A DNA stretch of 64,000 nt from a virus. The stretch is taken from positions 1 through 64,000 of the IMG/VR virus record IMGVR_UViG_3300024346_006511; one strand, written 5' to 3'. A model generated the notes under the pieces. It was not told where the DNA came from and did not search any database. It was given only the letters and a program-made list of their open reading frames with translations. A program made the translations under genes and the position numbers. Of the stretch, positions 48,089 to 57,238 are shown piece after piece (within the stretch, counting starts at the first letter, position 1; each line of letters begins with the position of its first letter).

Positions 48089-48256
48089 TTAAGAATGTTT
48101 TGCAACAATCAACTCTAGTATCTTAGATGATATTGCATTCATTTCTTGAGTTTGTTCAAAAGTGACAACAGAGTGTCCAGTTTCCTGAGCACCTGTTGAT
48201 TCAGTTTGTGTTTGTTTACTTCTATAAATTAATGAAGCATCTAATGGCTTATTCAT
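48089..48256 (-). CDS. Hypothetical protein, 55 aa, T/Q/E/S-rich
   Basis: Not in ORF track; 9 nt downstream of the Hint-fusion gene. Confidence 0.6.
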   Translation of the reverse strand: MNKPLDASLIYRSKQTQTESTGAQETGHSVVTFEQTQEMNAISSKILELIVAKHS

Positions 48257-48265
48257 AATCTTCTA

Positions 48266-49675
48266 TTATTTAGGTGGTTCAAGTTTTTGTGGTGGGTTGT
48301 GAAATGAAATTACTACTTCATTATTAGCATCTTCCGTATCAACAACAAGGTTATCATTTGTTTCAATATCCACTGTAAAGAAACTTCCTGTTGGTGAATG
48401 TAAAATTATATGTCTTGAATCTAGTATTGGTACTAATTCATTATCAGTATTGAATACGTAATCTAGATCTTTGTTGATTTGATGTGGCTGCCTGTAAGCC
48501 CATGTATTAGACCCTGAGTTATAAGTAATAACAGCAGAATCTACGCCCAAGTAAACTGGTGTGGTAGACCCTGAAGGGTGAATCATAAATACATCGTTAT
48601 GTAAATTGTTATGTACTGCTGCATTTGATACGGCAATAGAAGAAGTTACTCCAGAATTAGCAGGTAATGCCTTTCCTACATGTCTCCATGCTGAATAGTC
48701 AGCTATGTTTTCTGTATCTGGTGCTCCTTCTATATGGAAACCTTTCATTGCTTGTCCAGTGTTTATTTCACTAGCCTGTAAAGCTCCGTTATCTGCGGCT
48801 AAAAGTCTTTCTGTTACAAATACACCATTGTAGGTCATCTTACTCTTTATAGTACTAGTTGAATACTCATAGTAGTGTTTGTTATCTAGTACTTTATTCA
48901 TTCCATCATCAGCAAGATCAAGAACCTCTGGAATAGAGAATTGACTATATTGCTGGAAAGAACCTACGTTACACATATTTAGTCCACCACCATAAGCAAT
49001 TGCATATTGTCTAAATGAACTAACAGCTTGTTGTGTATCTTCACTTGAAGAGTGAATCAGGTAATTAGTAAGGTAGTAATCTCCTTTTAATTCACCTTTT
49101 ACTGTACTCCAGTCTCTTACTTTAACAAACTTTAATGCATCCCAAGTATCTCTTTTAGTTTTAGCTGCAAGGTCGGGGATGTTAGAGCTGTTTGAACTAG
49201 ATGTTAAATTGTCTATTTCTCCTTCACTACCACTGTAGTAAAAAGGAACTGCTAAGCTAGAGGAATTATACTCGTTTAATAATCTTAACGGTGAGTGTCC
49301 AGTAGCACAGTATGTATTGTCTAATATAGCGTTATCATCATAAGCTAACCTTAGTATAAATTTATCTGCTTCGTCTGTTACTGCTGCAGGAAATATACTG
49401 TGGTAATCTTCTTTATGATGAGTGAAATCTGTAATAAAAGATTCTCCTTGTGCAGATGCAGATAATGCATTTACAATCTCTTGGTGAATCTGTGGTTTAT
49501 AGATAACGTCAAGTTTAGTTGCGTTTACTTCTTGCATAACTGTGAACAGTGAAGACCATTCCAGGGCAGTGTTTACCTCTGAGGCAGGGATCGTAGTGTC
49601 GGTGTTCATTTCAACAAACTTTAAATCTCCTTCTGGGGACTTAACGTAATCGAATGATAGTAGTGTTCCTTTCAT
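48266..49675 (-). CDS. ATP-grasp-like (GSP-synthase/circularly permuted type) domain fused to a Hint-like domain
   Basis: SFDY......LKFVEMNTDT at N-terminus; GVFVTERLLAADNG...EINTG and FFTVDIETNDNLVV...FHN at C-terminus. Confidence 0.55.
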   Translation of the reverse strand: MKGTLLSFDYVKSPEGDLKFVEMNTDTTIPASEVNTALEWSSLFTVMQEVNATKLDVIYKPQIHQEIVNALSASAQGESFITDFTHHKEDYHSIFPAAVTDEADKFILRLAYDDNAILDNTYCATGHSPLRLLNEYNSSSLAVPFYYSGSEGEIDNLTSSSNSSNIPDLAAKTKRDTWDALKFVKVRDWSTVKGELKGDYYLTNYLIHSSSEDTQQAVSSFRQYAIAYGGGLNMCNVGSFQQYSQFSIPEVLDLADDGMNKVLDNKHYYEYSTSTIKSKMTYNGVFVTERLLAADNGALQASEINTGQAMKGFHIEGAPDTENIADYSAWRHVGKALPANSGVTSSIAVSNAAVHNNLHNDVFMIHPSGSTTPVYLGVDSAVITYNSGSNTWAYRQPHQINKDLDYVFNTDNELVPILDSRHIILHSPTGSFFTVDIETNDNLVVDTEDANNEVVISFHNPPQKLEPPK

Positions 49676-49728
49676 AATGTTAGATAATTATTCTCTTATG
49701 TTTATAAATATCGGTGATTTAGCATTTA

Positions 49729-50460
49729 CTAGATTAAGGTCCTATTTCCTTTTCTAGAAAGCCATCCTTTATTTGAATAGTGTTTTATTAATTTATTTCT
49801 GATGTTCTTATGTTGTGATTGTCTCCATTGGGCTTGATCGTCAGCGCCTCTTTCTCCTAGAGTAAGATCTTGCCATGTCTGTGGGTCTTCCTTATCCTTG
49901 TCTATAATATAAATAGGTATATTGTTCTTGAATAAACAGTAAGAAAAATGTAAATCTTCTCCTGAGCCTTCTTCTTTTAATTTATCGTAGAGAAAATGTT
50001 GTAAAAGTTCAGTTTTCATAAACCATCCTTGACCGCCCATATCTACTTTTGTTGGTTCTGTTAGAAAATGTTTTGGACCAATTCTCTCTTTTACATCATA
50101 CAGAGTAGAGTTTGATTTAAAATTAACTCCGTATGTAGCTACTACAACTTTATCATTGTGCTCCTTACTAAAGTTAATACATCTCTCTATGTACTTCTCA
50201 CCAGGTAGTATATCATCATCTACTATAAAAGTATATGGTGTCTTTATATGTAAGGAATTATAGAATCTACCGTAGAGAGAATTAAAATGTTCTGAGTCAT
50301 TTTGATAAATTATTGCTGGGTAATTTAAATTGTATCTCCAATTAGATCTCCATATAATCATAATGTCAGAATCTACGGTTTGGTTTTCAATAGATTCTAT
50401 CTGTGAAGGTAGGTAGTCTAGTCTATTTACAACTGATAATACTGTTGTTACTTCTTTCAT
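49729..50460 (-). CDS. Glycosyltransferase family 2-like
   Basis: VDDDILPG, GED. Confidence 0.7.
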   Translation of the reverse strand: MKEVTTVLSVVNRLDYLPSQIESIENQTVDSDIMIIWRSNWRYNLNYPAIIYQNDSEHFNSLYGRFYNSLHIKTPYTFIVDDDILPGEKYIERCINFSKEHNDKVVVATYGVNFKSNSTLYDVKERIGPKHFLTEPTKVDMGGQGWFMKTELLQHFLYDKLKEEGSGEDLHFSYCLFKNNIPIYIIDKDKEDPQTWQDLTLGERGADDQAQWRQSQHKNIRNKLIKHYSNKGWLSRKGNRTLI

Positions 50461-51185
50461 ATTAGTTTACCTGGTTTGTACATTCTTAATATATAGTCTC
50501 CTTCCCAATTTGGTATCGTATCCCAAGGTGAGTCTTCTAAATGGTAACCTGTTTTATTAAGTTCAGTATAATGCTCTTTTCTCTCTTTTGTTTTTTCTAA
50601 CCTACCTTTTATCCATCTATAGTGATCAATCTCTATTATATCTTTTTTATTATTAGTATTAACTTTTAAATGGTGAGGACTAGTCAATCTATCATGAGAA
50701 GGGAATATACATGGTTTATATAAATCGGTCCAAACTGTCCTGTTAGTAACTAAAGGAAATTGTTCCAAGAGTGGCTTGTCAGTTATTTCAATAAGCTCTT
50801 TCTTAGCAGATTCTCTATCTTGAAGTTTACCCCATCTGAAGTTATTATCTTTTAGGTACTCTCTAATTGGACTGTCCCATACCTGATGTTCATCTACATC
50901 AGCCATCATAATGTAATCCTCTAGTGAGCTTTCTATAATTTTATTAAGTTTATGAGTTTTAGTTACACCGTCAAATAATCCAACCCATTTTACCAAAGTG
51001 AGATTTGTATCTCCTATTATCTCTTTAATCTCATTATAAACCTCTTTACATTTAAAGTCTGTTTTCTTGTGTATAATAAGGTGTATATGATCTATATGTA
51101 ATGCTCTATAATGCTTAAGAAAGTGGGACAGTAACGGTCTATCGTAGTCTAACCCAATGCAACTAATCAGTTTAATACTTATCAT
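50457..51185 (-). CDS. Glycosyltransferase family 2-like
   Basis: HFLKHY..L.ID, ADVDE, HYRW. Confidence 0.7.
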   Translation of the reverse strand: MISIKLISCIGLDYDRPLLSHFLKHYRALHIDHIHLIIHKKTDFKCKEVYNEIKEIIGDTNLTLVKWVGLFDGVTKTHKLNKIIESSLEDYIMMADVDEHQVWDSPIREYLKDNNFRWGKLQDRESAKKELIEITDKPLLEQFPLVTNRTVWTDLYKPCIFPSHDRLTSPHHLKVNTNNKKDIIEIDHYRWIKGRLEKTKERKEHYTELNKTGYHLEDSPWDTIPNWEGDYILRMYKPGKLI

Positions 51186-51673
51186 TTTTTATCTGCGTAC
51201 CATACTACCAGTACTTTTCTTGAACCTTTCAAAATCTTAGTGACTCTATGTGGAGCATCCATTCCCATATAGTATGCAACTTGACCTCTCTTCTTAAAAT
51301 TGGTAAGTTCTCCTCTAAGGTAAAAATCTCCGCCTTCGAAATCATCCTCTAACATAATAACATAAGTATGAAGAGAATTTTCATCTTTATGCTCTAATGC
51401 CTGTCCTCCTATATTGTAATTTACTCTATGAATAGTAATAGGGTCGTGCCTGTTTATTTGTAATGCTGCTGATAATGCTACATTTAATGATTCATTCTCT
51501 ACTGAGTAGAAATCTATATTGGTTTCATTAGATGCTTCTGTAAACCTATCAAAATGTACTAAGCCAGGAGCTAATCTCTCTAGTCTTTCCATCTGTTTTG
51601 GTTCAGCTTTAGGAACTATATCTAGAAACTCTTCTAATAAGGTTACAATGTCTTGTTCTATCTCAAATATCAT
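51182..51673 (-). CDS. 2OG-Fe(II) oxygenase
   Basis: HKD, GGDF, HRV, RKVLVVW. Confidence 0.85.
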   Translation of the reverse strand: MIFEIEQDIVTLLEEFLDIVPKAEPKQMERLERLAPGLVHFDRFTEASNETNIDFYSVENESLNVALSAALQINRHDPITIHRVNYNIGGQALEHKDENSLHTYVIMLEDDFEGGDFYLRGELTNFKKRGQVAYYMGMDAPHRVTKILKGSRKVLVVWYADKK

Positions 51674-52188
51674 TTTATAAACTTAAATTCACGTCCTCCT
51701 ATTTTGTGACATATTTTTATAGGTGCTTTATTCCATCCGTCCATGTACCCGTACATATAGTCACTATAACTTAGAAATAACTTAAACCCATGGTTGTACA
51801 TCTGTAAGCCTGTATTCTTAGGAATATCCAGGTCCTTACGTATATATGTACCTCCCCAGTATGTTGAGTTTTCAGTTGGTAGTGGATGTACTTCATTTAT
51901 CCAGTCATATGTAAAGACGTTAGAGAACCATCCCCAACCTATAGCCTCTTTTACGTCCTCGTGGAAAAACAAAGTACATTTAGACACTCCTTGTAATCTT
52001 AATTCGACATTAGTTATTGTTGGTCTTCCATCCCAATCACTTAAGTTAGTATCTATCGAACTAACAAATGCTTTAAAATGTTCTTCACCATCTTCAAACT
52101 TATCGATGACTTTGATAGAAAATGAATTATCGATTCTTAGAGGTTTAAACTCACTCTTATGAATCTGCATTTCATACCTACTACTCAT
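51670..52188 (-). CDS. GNAT-like protein
   Basis: IGWGW, WNKAPIK...KIG pattern. Confidence 0.45.
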   Translation of the reverse strand: MSSRYEMQIHKSEFKPLRIDNSFSIKVIDKFEDGEEHFKAFVSSIDTNLSDWDGRPTITNVELRLQGVSKCTLFFHEDVKEAIGWGWFSNVFTYDWINEVHPLPTENSTYWGGTYIRKDLDIPKNTGLQMYNHGFKLFLSYSDYMYGYMDGWNKAPIKICHKIGGREFKFIK

Positions 52189-52420
52189 CTTTAACTAACT
52201 CATCAACTGCTATCTCTAATCCGAGTAACAGACTTGTTGTACCAAACTCTTTTCTAACTTCTTCCGCTCGCATCTCTACCTGTGCTAATACATTTGCTTT
52301 AGTAGCCTTAGCAAGTAAAGCCATAATTTTATATTCTCTAGATTGCTCTGGAGACATATAGTCTGTTTGGATTATTCCATCCTCTACTAACTCGTTGTAT
52401 TTTTTAATTGAATCGCTCAT
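52181..52420 (-). CDS. Hypothetical protein
   Basis: ORF track. Confidence 0.6.
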   Translation of the reverse strand: MSDSIKKYNELVEDGIIQTDYMSPEQSREYKIMALLAKATKANVLAQVEMRAEEVRKEFGTTSLLLGLEIAVDELVKDE

Positions 52421-52937
52421 TGAAAACCTTTTTAAAGTTATTATATCCTATTGAAGCATTAGCTCTCCAATCTGTACTGTCTCCAGAGTCGCTAATCCAT
52501 TTAAATAAAGATAAGGAAATATTTTCAGACAAGCAAACTTTTGCTATAGAATATCCCTCCATATCTACTAAATCACATTTTCGAAGATTCTCAACATACG
52601 AATTACTATAAGTTGCTGTAGAGTCATAAAATGTATCTGTGGTAAATAATTTAACTTTAGTATCACTTACTTTAATACTCGAATGTTCTGGAACTACACA
52701 TCCATAAAAGTCGTCGTATACTTCTCCTACTTCAATAACATCTCCTATTCTAGCAGAACAAAGACTGCCACATGAACCAAAATTTACTACATGGTCAGGT
52801 TTATACTTCTGTATAAGTTTATAAGTATTAAGAGCTGCTTCTACTTTTCCTATACCAATTATATGTATAGGTACTCCATTTATTTCTGTATCGTGATGTT
52901 CAAGCTTTGTAGCTGATACTAATAAGATATTAGGCAT
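52404..52937 (-). CDS. MTA/SAH nucleosidase-like (PNP_UDP_1 family)
   Basis: GIGKVEAA, NFGSCGSL, TTDTF, VDMEG, KWISD. Confidence 0.85.
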   Translation of the reverse strand: MPNILLVSATKLEHHDTEINGVPIHIIGIGKVEAALNTYKLIQKYKPDHVVNFGSCGSLCSARIGDVIEVGEVYDDFYGCVVPEHSSIKVSDTKVKLFTTDTFYDSTATYSNSYVENLRKCDLVDMEGYSIAKVCLSENISLSLFKWISDSGDSTDWRANASIGYNNFKKVFNERFN

Positions 52938-53407
52938 TTTGTATTATGTGTTTTGTTAATTCCTATATCGAGTAAGCAAACAGTATCTGCTACTTCATAA
53001 CCCGCAAGTTCACAAAGTAGTTTTGCTGCTGCCATTGTTCCACCGGTCGCGAATACATCATCAACAATTATAACCGTACCAGAACCTTTTTGCATTTCTA
53101 CCGTATCTCTTCCATACTCCAATCCATACTCTAATGATACTAAGTCATTATTAGGTAGCTTGCCAGCTTTTCTAATCAACTTAAGACCAGCATGACAGTG
53201 ATCTGCCATAGCGGCCGCGAATATAAATCCTCTTGATTCTATACCTACCCAGTAATCAACACCTACTACATCAAAATTAGTAATGCGCTTCATCTCTGCT
53301 ACTGCTTGATGGAACGCGAATGGATCTGCAAGCAACGGTTGAATGTCTTTGTAATTTATCCCTTTTTTTGGAAAGTCGGGCACTTCAGTTATATAGTCTT
53401 TTAACAT
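52919..53407 (-). CDS. apt: Adenine phosphoribosyltransferase
   Basis: PDFPKKGI.YKDI, GIESRGF, RKAGKLP, LEYG, VDDVFATGGT. Confidence 0.93.
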   Translation of the reverse strand: MLKDYITEVPDFPKKGINYKDIQPLLADPFAFHQAVAEMKRITNFDVVGVDYWVGIESRGFIFAAAMADHCHAGLKLIRKAGKLPNNDLVSLEYGLEYGRDTVEMQKGSGTVIIVDDVFATGGTMAAAKLLCELAGYEVADTVCLLDIGINKTHNTKCLISY

Positions 53408-53703
53408 AATTCACATTCAGGCATAAACCACCATATTACCAATATCACTATTACAGCAACTACTGTCACTATGAGTTGAATTGGTTTATTTTGTTTTTCT
53501 TTCCAAGCTTTGAGTTTTAATCCCCATCTATATCCAATTCCTGCAGACCAGTCCATTGCTCTACCTATCCAATCAAATGGCGGCACCTTTAACAACGTTA
53601 CTAATCCTATAAGAAATCCTGTAAAGTATTCTCCTCCAAGCATAAGAATAATCGATGCTGCGATGAAGTAATACCCTATATACTTTTTAAGGTGTTCTCT
53701 CAT
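53401..53703 (-). CDS. Membrane protein
   Basis: Hydrophobic helices. Confidence 0.65.
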   Translation of the reverse strand: MREHLKKYIGYYFIAASIILMLGGEYFTGFLIGLVTLLKVPPFDWIGRAMDWSAGIGYRWGLKLKAWKEKQNKPIQLIVTVVAVIVILVIWWFMPECELC

Positions 53704-53864
53704 TTCTGTGTTTTGTTTTTCTGGTATATTTCTTCTTGTTCTTCACTGGCGATGGCATGCGCAGAGCATGGACCCACTCTTGGTAGGTCAACACCACTTC
53801 CTCCAACTTTACCTCTTTTTTCTCTCTTTTCGTTCCACTCATCACTAAAGTAAATAAATTCCAT
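53700..53864 (-). CDS. Hypothetical protein (start moved to MEFIYF)
   Basis: ORF-track start lies inside a terminator; TATTTAT at 53887-53893. Confidence 0.5.
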   Translation of the reverse strand: MEFIYFSDEWNEKREKRGKVGGSGVDLPRVGPCSAHAIASEEQEEIYQKNKTQK

Positions 53865-53910
53865 ACTACAATATACGATTTTTATTATAAATATCCAAAG
53901 AATAAACAAT

Positions 53911-53935
53911 AAAAAACCCGGCACGTCTGCCGGGC
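53911..53935 (-). terminator. Intrinsic terminator
   Basis: CCCGGCA-gacg-TGCCGGG-TTTTTT. Confidence 0.85.
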
Positions 53936-53942
53936 TATTGAT

Positions 53943-54050
53943 GTTAAGAAGTGTACTGCAACCGGATGCAATTAAGATTACCGGAAATTTCTTTTACGCT
54001 CACGGGGTACTTGACGCCGGACTACTCCATACCGACTTTCTTACCTTAAC
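53943..54050 (-). ncRNA. Candidate ~110-nt structured ncRNA
   Basis: Own promoter (54056-54091) and terminator; ends GTTAAG/CTTAAC pair; no sense ORF. Confidence 0.6.
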
Positions 54051-54111
54051 TAACTTACTACAATATATGAATAATAAAGTTCATATGCAACTATATCACC
54101 ATATATTTCCC

Positions 54112-54140
54112 AAAAAAAACCCCTCCGTTTCCGGAAGGGC
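54112..54140 (-). terminator. Intrinsic terminator
   Basis: CCCTTCCG-gaaa-CGGAGGGG-TTTTTTTT. Confidence 0.85.
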
Positions 54141-54151
54141 TTGTCAAATTC

Positions 54152-54187
54152 GCGCGTGGCGACTTCGTCGGAGAGAGAAACGCCCCC
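54152..54187. repeat. GC-rich hairpin repeat, copy B
   Basis: GCGCGTGG-CGAC-TTC-GTCG-GAGAGAGAAACGCCCCC. Confidence 0.8.
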
Positions 54188-54357
54188 TACCCCTTCGTTG
54201 CCTCCATATTCGCTTTCTTGTAAGGTGTAATTAATTTTTTAATCTCACCTGCTGCTTTACGAGCTCTTGCTTGTGAAGTCTTTGTACTTCCGCTATTATT
54301 TTCAGCTAGTACATTAAATTGCTCTGCAATTTGTTCGAATAATTCTTCTTTGTTCAT
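54187..54357 (-). CDS. Histone H1-like (Hc1 family) protein, 56 aa
   Basis: Not in ORF track; MNKEELFEQIAEQF...TKTSQARARKAAGEIKKLITPYKK matches the Bacteroidota Hc1 RARK pattern. Confidence 0.75.
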   Translation of the reverse strand: MNKEELFEQIAEQFNVLAENNSGSTKTSQARARKAAGEIKKLITPYKKANMEATKG

Positions 54358-54839
54358 AATTGTTTAATTAATTTATATTTAGTGAATGAATAACTATACT
54401 TTAAGATATAGCTGAAAAATAAATCTCCTGCTATTGCATTAATAAAGAAAGGAATTGCTAAAGTATAACAAAGTACAAATCCTTCTATAGTTTTTGGATA
54501 ACCAGTCAACCATACTCCAAAGTTAGTAACAATGAAGAATATTAAACTGCTCATCAGTATATTTTTAGTTTTAACGGTCTTCCAATAGTGACCAAGTAAA
54601 CTGATAGCTAAGAAGGAACCGTAAACCCAAATCGATATTGAGTAAAACCCTAAGTAGATATCTGATATCGCCATAGCTATTAATGGAAGAAGAGTTCCTA
54701 ACACTCTATTACTAAAAGTAGTTGCTCCAAATAATGCTAAGGCAACTATAGGAGTAAAGTTAGGAGGATGAGGTGCTAATCTTACAAAGACAGCCAACAC
54801 TACAAACATTAACGTTATAAGTTCTTTATGTTTAAGCAT
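54354..54839 (-). CDS. DUF6580-like putative transporter membrane protein
   Basis: RLAPHPPNFTP..A.ALF, FF.VTNFGVW, CY..AIPFF. Confidence 0.8.
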   Translation of the reverse strand: MLKHKELITLMFVVLAVFVRLAPHPPNFTPIVALALFGATTFSNRVLGTLLPLIAMAISDIYLGFYSISIWVYGSFLAISLLGHYWKTVKTKNILMSSLIFFIVTNFGVWLTGYPKTIEGFVLCYTLAIPFFINAIAGDLFFSYILKYSYSFTKYKLIKQL

Positions 54840-55581
54840 CTTTAGTATTTGGACAAATTGGTATAGGTACCATCTTATGATTATTTCTATACTGGAAGCT
54901 ATAAAAGATTTTTAGTACTTCTTTTTGCCTTTTAGTAAGTTTTCTCTTATCACCTCCAAAAGTCATAGCCCATTCGAGTTCATCGTATGTACATCCTATT
55001 TGATCTTCATCTGTGCGATCGTCTCCCCAAAGTCCATCTGTTGGGGCAGCGTCAATAATCTCTAAGAGAATTCCTAATTCACAAGCAGCTTCTTTTACTT
55101 CAGATTTCATTAAATCTGCTATTGGACTAATATCAACTCCTCCGTCTCCATATTTAGTATAGAACCCAATTCCGAAGTCTTCTACTTTATTACCAGTTCC
55201 TACTACTAATCCGTTGACCATTGCAGCAGCGTGATATAAAGTAGTCATTCTTAGTCTTGATCTAGAATTAGCTAATGCTAACTTATCCTCTTTCTCAAAT
55301 ACGTTCTTGAAAGCCCAAAAAACCTCGTCTAAATTAAACTGTAAAGGAATTACATTCTCATACTTATTACAAAGCCATTCAATGTGAGATTCTGCTCTGC
55401 TGAGCTCTTCTTTGTTTTGTTCAATTGGAAGAGAGACTACATAAGTCAGTGCCCCAGTTTCTGCACATAAGGTAGAAGTAACGGCGGAGTCTATTCCGCC
55501 GCTTACTCCAATAACAAAGGTTTTATCATTTGCCTCCTTACTGTAATCACGTAACCAATTTGTAATAAAAGTATATTTCAT
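54832..55581 (-). CDS. nadE: NH3-dependent NAD+ synthetase
   Basis: GVSGGIDSAV, N..SRLRM, GTGNKVE, GFYTKYGDG, PTDGL. Confidence 0.93.
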   Translation of the reverse strand: MKYTFITNWLRDYSKEANDKTFVIGVSGGIDSAVTSTLCAETGALTYVVSLPIEQNKEELSRAESHIEWLCNKYENVIPLQFNLDEVFWAFKNVFEKEDKLALANSRSRLRMTTLYHAAAMVNGLVVGTGNKVEDFGIGFYTKYGDGGVDISPIADLMKSEVKEAACELGILLEIIDAAPTDGLWGDDRTDEDQIGCTYDELEWAMTFGGDKRKLTKRQKEVLKIFYSFQYRNNHKMVPIPICPNTKDA

Positions 55582-57236
55582 TATCCTAATAACATTTGTT
55601 GAGCTGGATCTACTGGTGTTTTAGAATCTACAGTCTTATCTATCGATACTACTGCTTCAGTAATTAACATCGTTCCGGCTACAGATACTGCATTCTCTAA
55701 TGCTAGTCTAGTAACTTTAGTTGGATCGATAATACCTTCTTTAAACATATTAGCAAAGTCCTCTGCTCTTGAATTATAACCGTACCATTGATCTTTCTTT
55801 TTAAGGTCAATTTTCGTTTTGATATCCTCTATTTCTTTTTCTGAATAACCAGCATTGTAGAGTATCTGATAGAAAGGTCTTTCAATTGATTCAAGTAATA
55901 TTTGAATACCTACTTGTTCACTTGAAGATAGCTTTTTAAACTTACCTTTATCTTTATATTCTCTAAGTAGAGTTGCTGCATTAAGTAGTGCTACTCCTCC
56001 TCCAGGTAGAATTCCTTCCTCTAGAGCTGCCTTAGTGGCGTGAAGAGCATCATCTACTCGATCTTTCTTCTCTTTCATTTCTATTTCTGTATGTCCACCT
56101 ACATGAACTATAGCAACTCCTCCTATAAGTTTACCTAATCTATCTTGAAGGTTTTCTTTCTCAAAAGGTGAATTCGATTCATCGATTTGAGTTCTAATCT
56201 CTTGAACTCTCTCTTCGATTCTATCTTCAGCTCCTTTCGCATCAATAATAGTACAAGTATCTTTAGATACAGTAGCCTTAACTGCTTTACCTAGCCATTC
56301 AGGTTTAAATTTATCTAATCTCATACCTTTCTCTGATGAAATTACTGTACCTCCGGTTAAGATAGCGATATCTTCTAGAGTTGCTTTTTTCCTATCTCCA
56401 AAGTCTGGTGCTTTTACAGCTGCTACGGGAAGGATACCTCTCATCTTATTAACTACCATAGTAGATAACGCCTCTCCATCGATATCGTCAGCTATTACTA
56501 ATAGCGACTTATTTTGTTGAGAGACTGCTTCTAAGACAGGAAGTAACTCCTTGACTTGATTTAGTCTTTTATCGGTAATAAGTATAAACGGATCACGAAG
56601 GACAGCAGTCATGGTATTGTTGTCTGTAACGAAGTATGGAGACTTATAACCTCTGTTGAATTGCATTCCTTCAACTGTTTCTAAATATGTTTCCCCAGTC
56701 TTTGACTCTTCGATTGCAACTACACCATCCTGTCCTACTTTTTCCATAGCAGTAGAAATTAATTCACCAACTTCTGTATCGTTATTGGCAGAGATAGTAG
56801 CGACTTGCTTTAGCTGTCCTTCGTCCGTTATATCTTTACTTACTGATTCTAAATACTCTACAGCTACTTTAGTAGCTTGTTCAATTCCTTTCTTTACCTG
56901 CACTGCAGTATGATCACCAATGGTACCTAAACCTTTTTGGAATATTTCTCTTGCTAGTAACGTAGACGTAGTAGTTCCATCACCAGCTTCTTCTGCTGTT
57001 TTAATTGATGCTTGTTTAACTAACTGTGCACCTACATTTTGTAACGGGTCTTTAAGTTCAATAGACTTAGCTACTGTTACACCGTCTTTGGTTGATATAG
57101 GGTTACCCTGTTGTTGTTCTATAATAACATTTCTACCTGCTGGTCCTAATGTACACACAACGGTCTTTGCTAATTTTTCGATACCTTCTGAAAGTCCTAC
57201 TCTAGCTTTGTGGTTAAATTCTAATTCTTTGCTCAT
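55581..57236 (-). CDS. groL: Chaperonin GroEL
   Basis: [29 protein letters not shown]; no GGM tail. Confidence 0.97.
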   Translation of the reverse strand: MSKELEFNHKARVGLSEGIEKLAKTVVCTLGPAGRNVIIEQQQGNPISTKDGVTVAKSIELKDPLQNVGAQLVKQASIKTAEEAGDGTTTSTLLAREIFQKGLGTIGDHTAVQVKKGIEQATKVAVEYLESVSKDITDEGQLKQVATISANNDTEVGELISTAMEKVGQDGVVAIEESKTGETYLETVEGMQFNRGYKSPYFVTDNNTMTAVLRDPFILITDKRLNQVKELLPVLEAVSQQNKSLLVIADDIDGEALSTMVVNKMRGILPVAAVKAPDFGDRKKATLEDIAILTGGTVISSEKGMRLDKFKPEWLGKAVKATVSKDTCTIIDAKGAEDRIEERVQEIRTQIDESNSPFEKENLQDRLGKLIGGVAIVHVGGHTEIEMKEKKDRVDDALHATKAALEEGILPGGGVALLNAATLLREYKDKGKFKKLSSSEQVGIQILLESIERPFYQILYNAGYSEKEIEDIKTKIDLKKKDQWYGYNSRAEDFANMFKEGIIDPTKVTRLALENAVSVAGTMLITEAVVSIDKTVDSKTPVDPAQQMLLG

Positions 57237-57238
57237 GC

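Noticed and set aside
53938-54234. Plus-strand 98-aa ORF
   Set aside because: Crosses a minus-strand promoter, terminator, ncRNA candidate and the Hc1 gene; no plausible protein features
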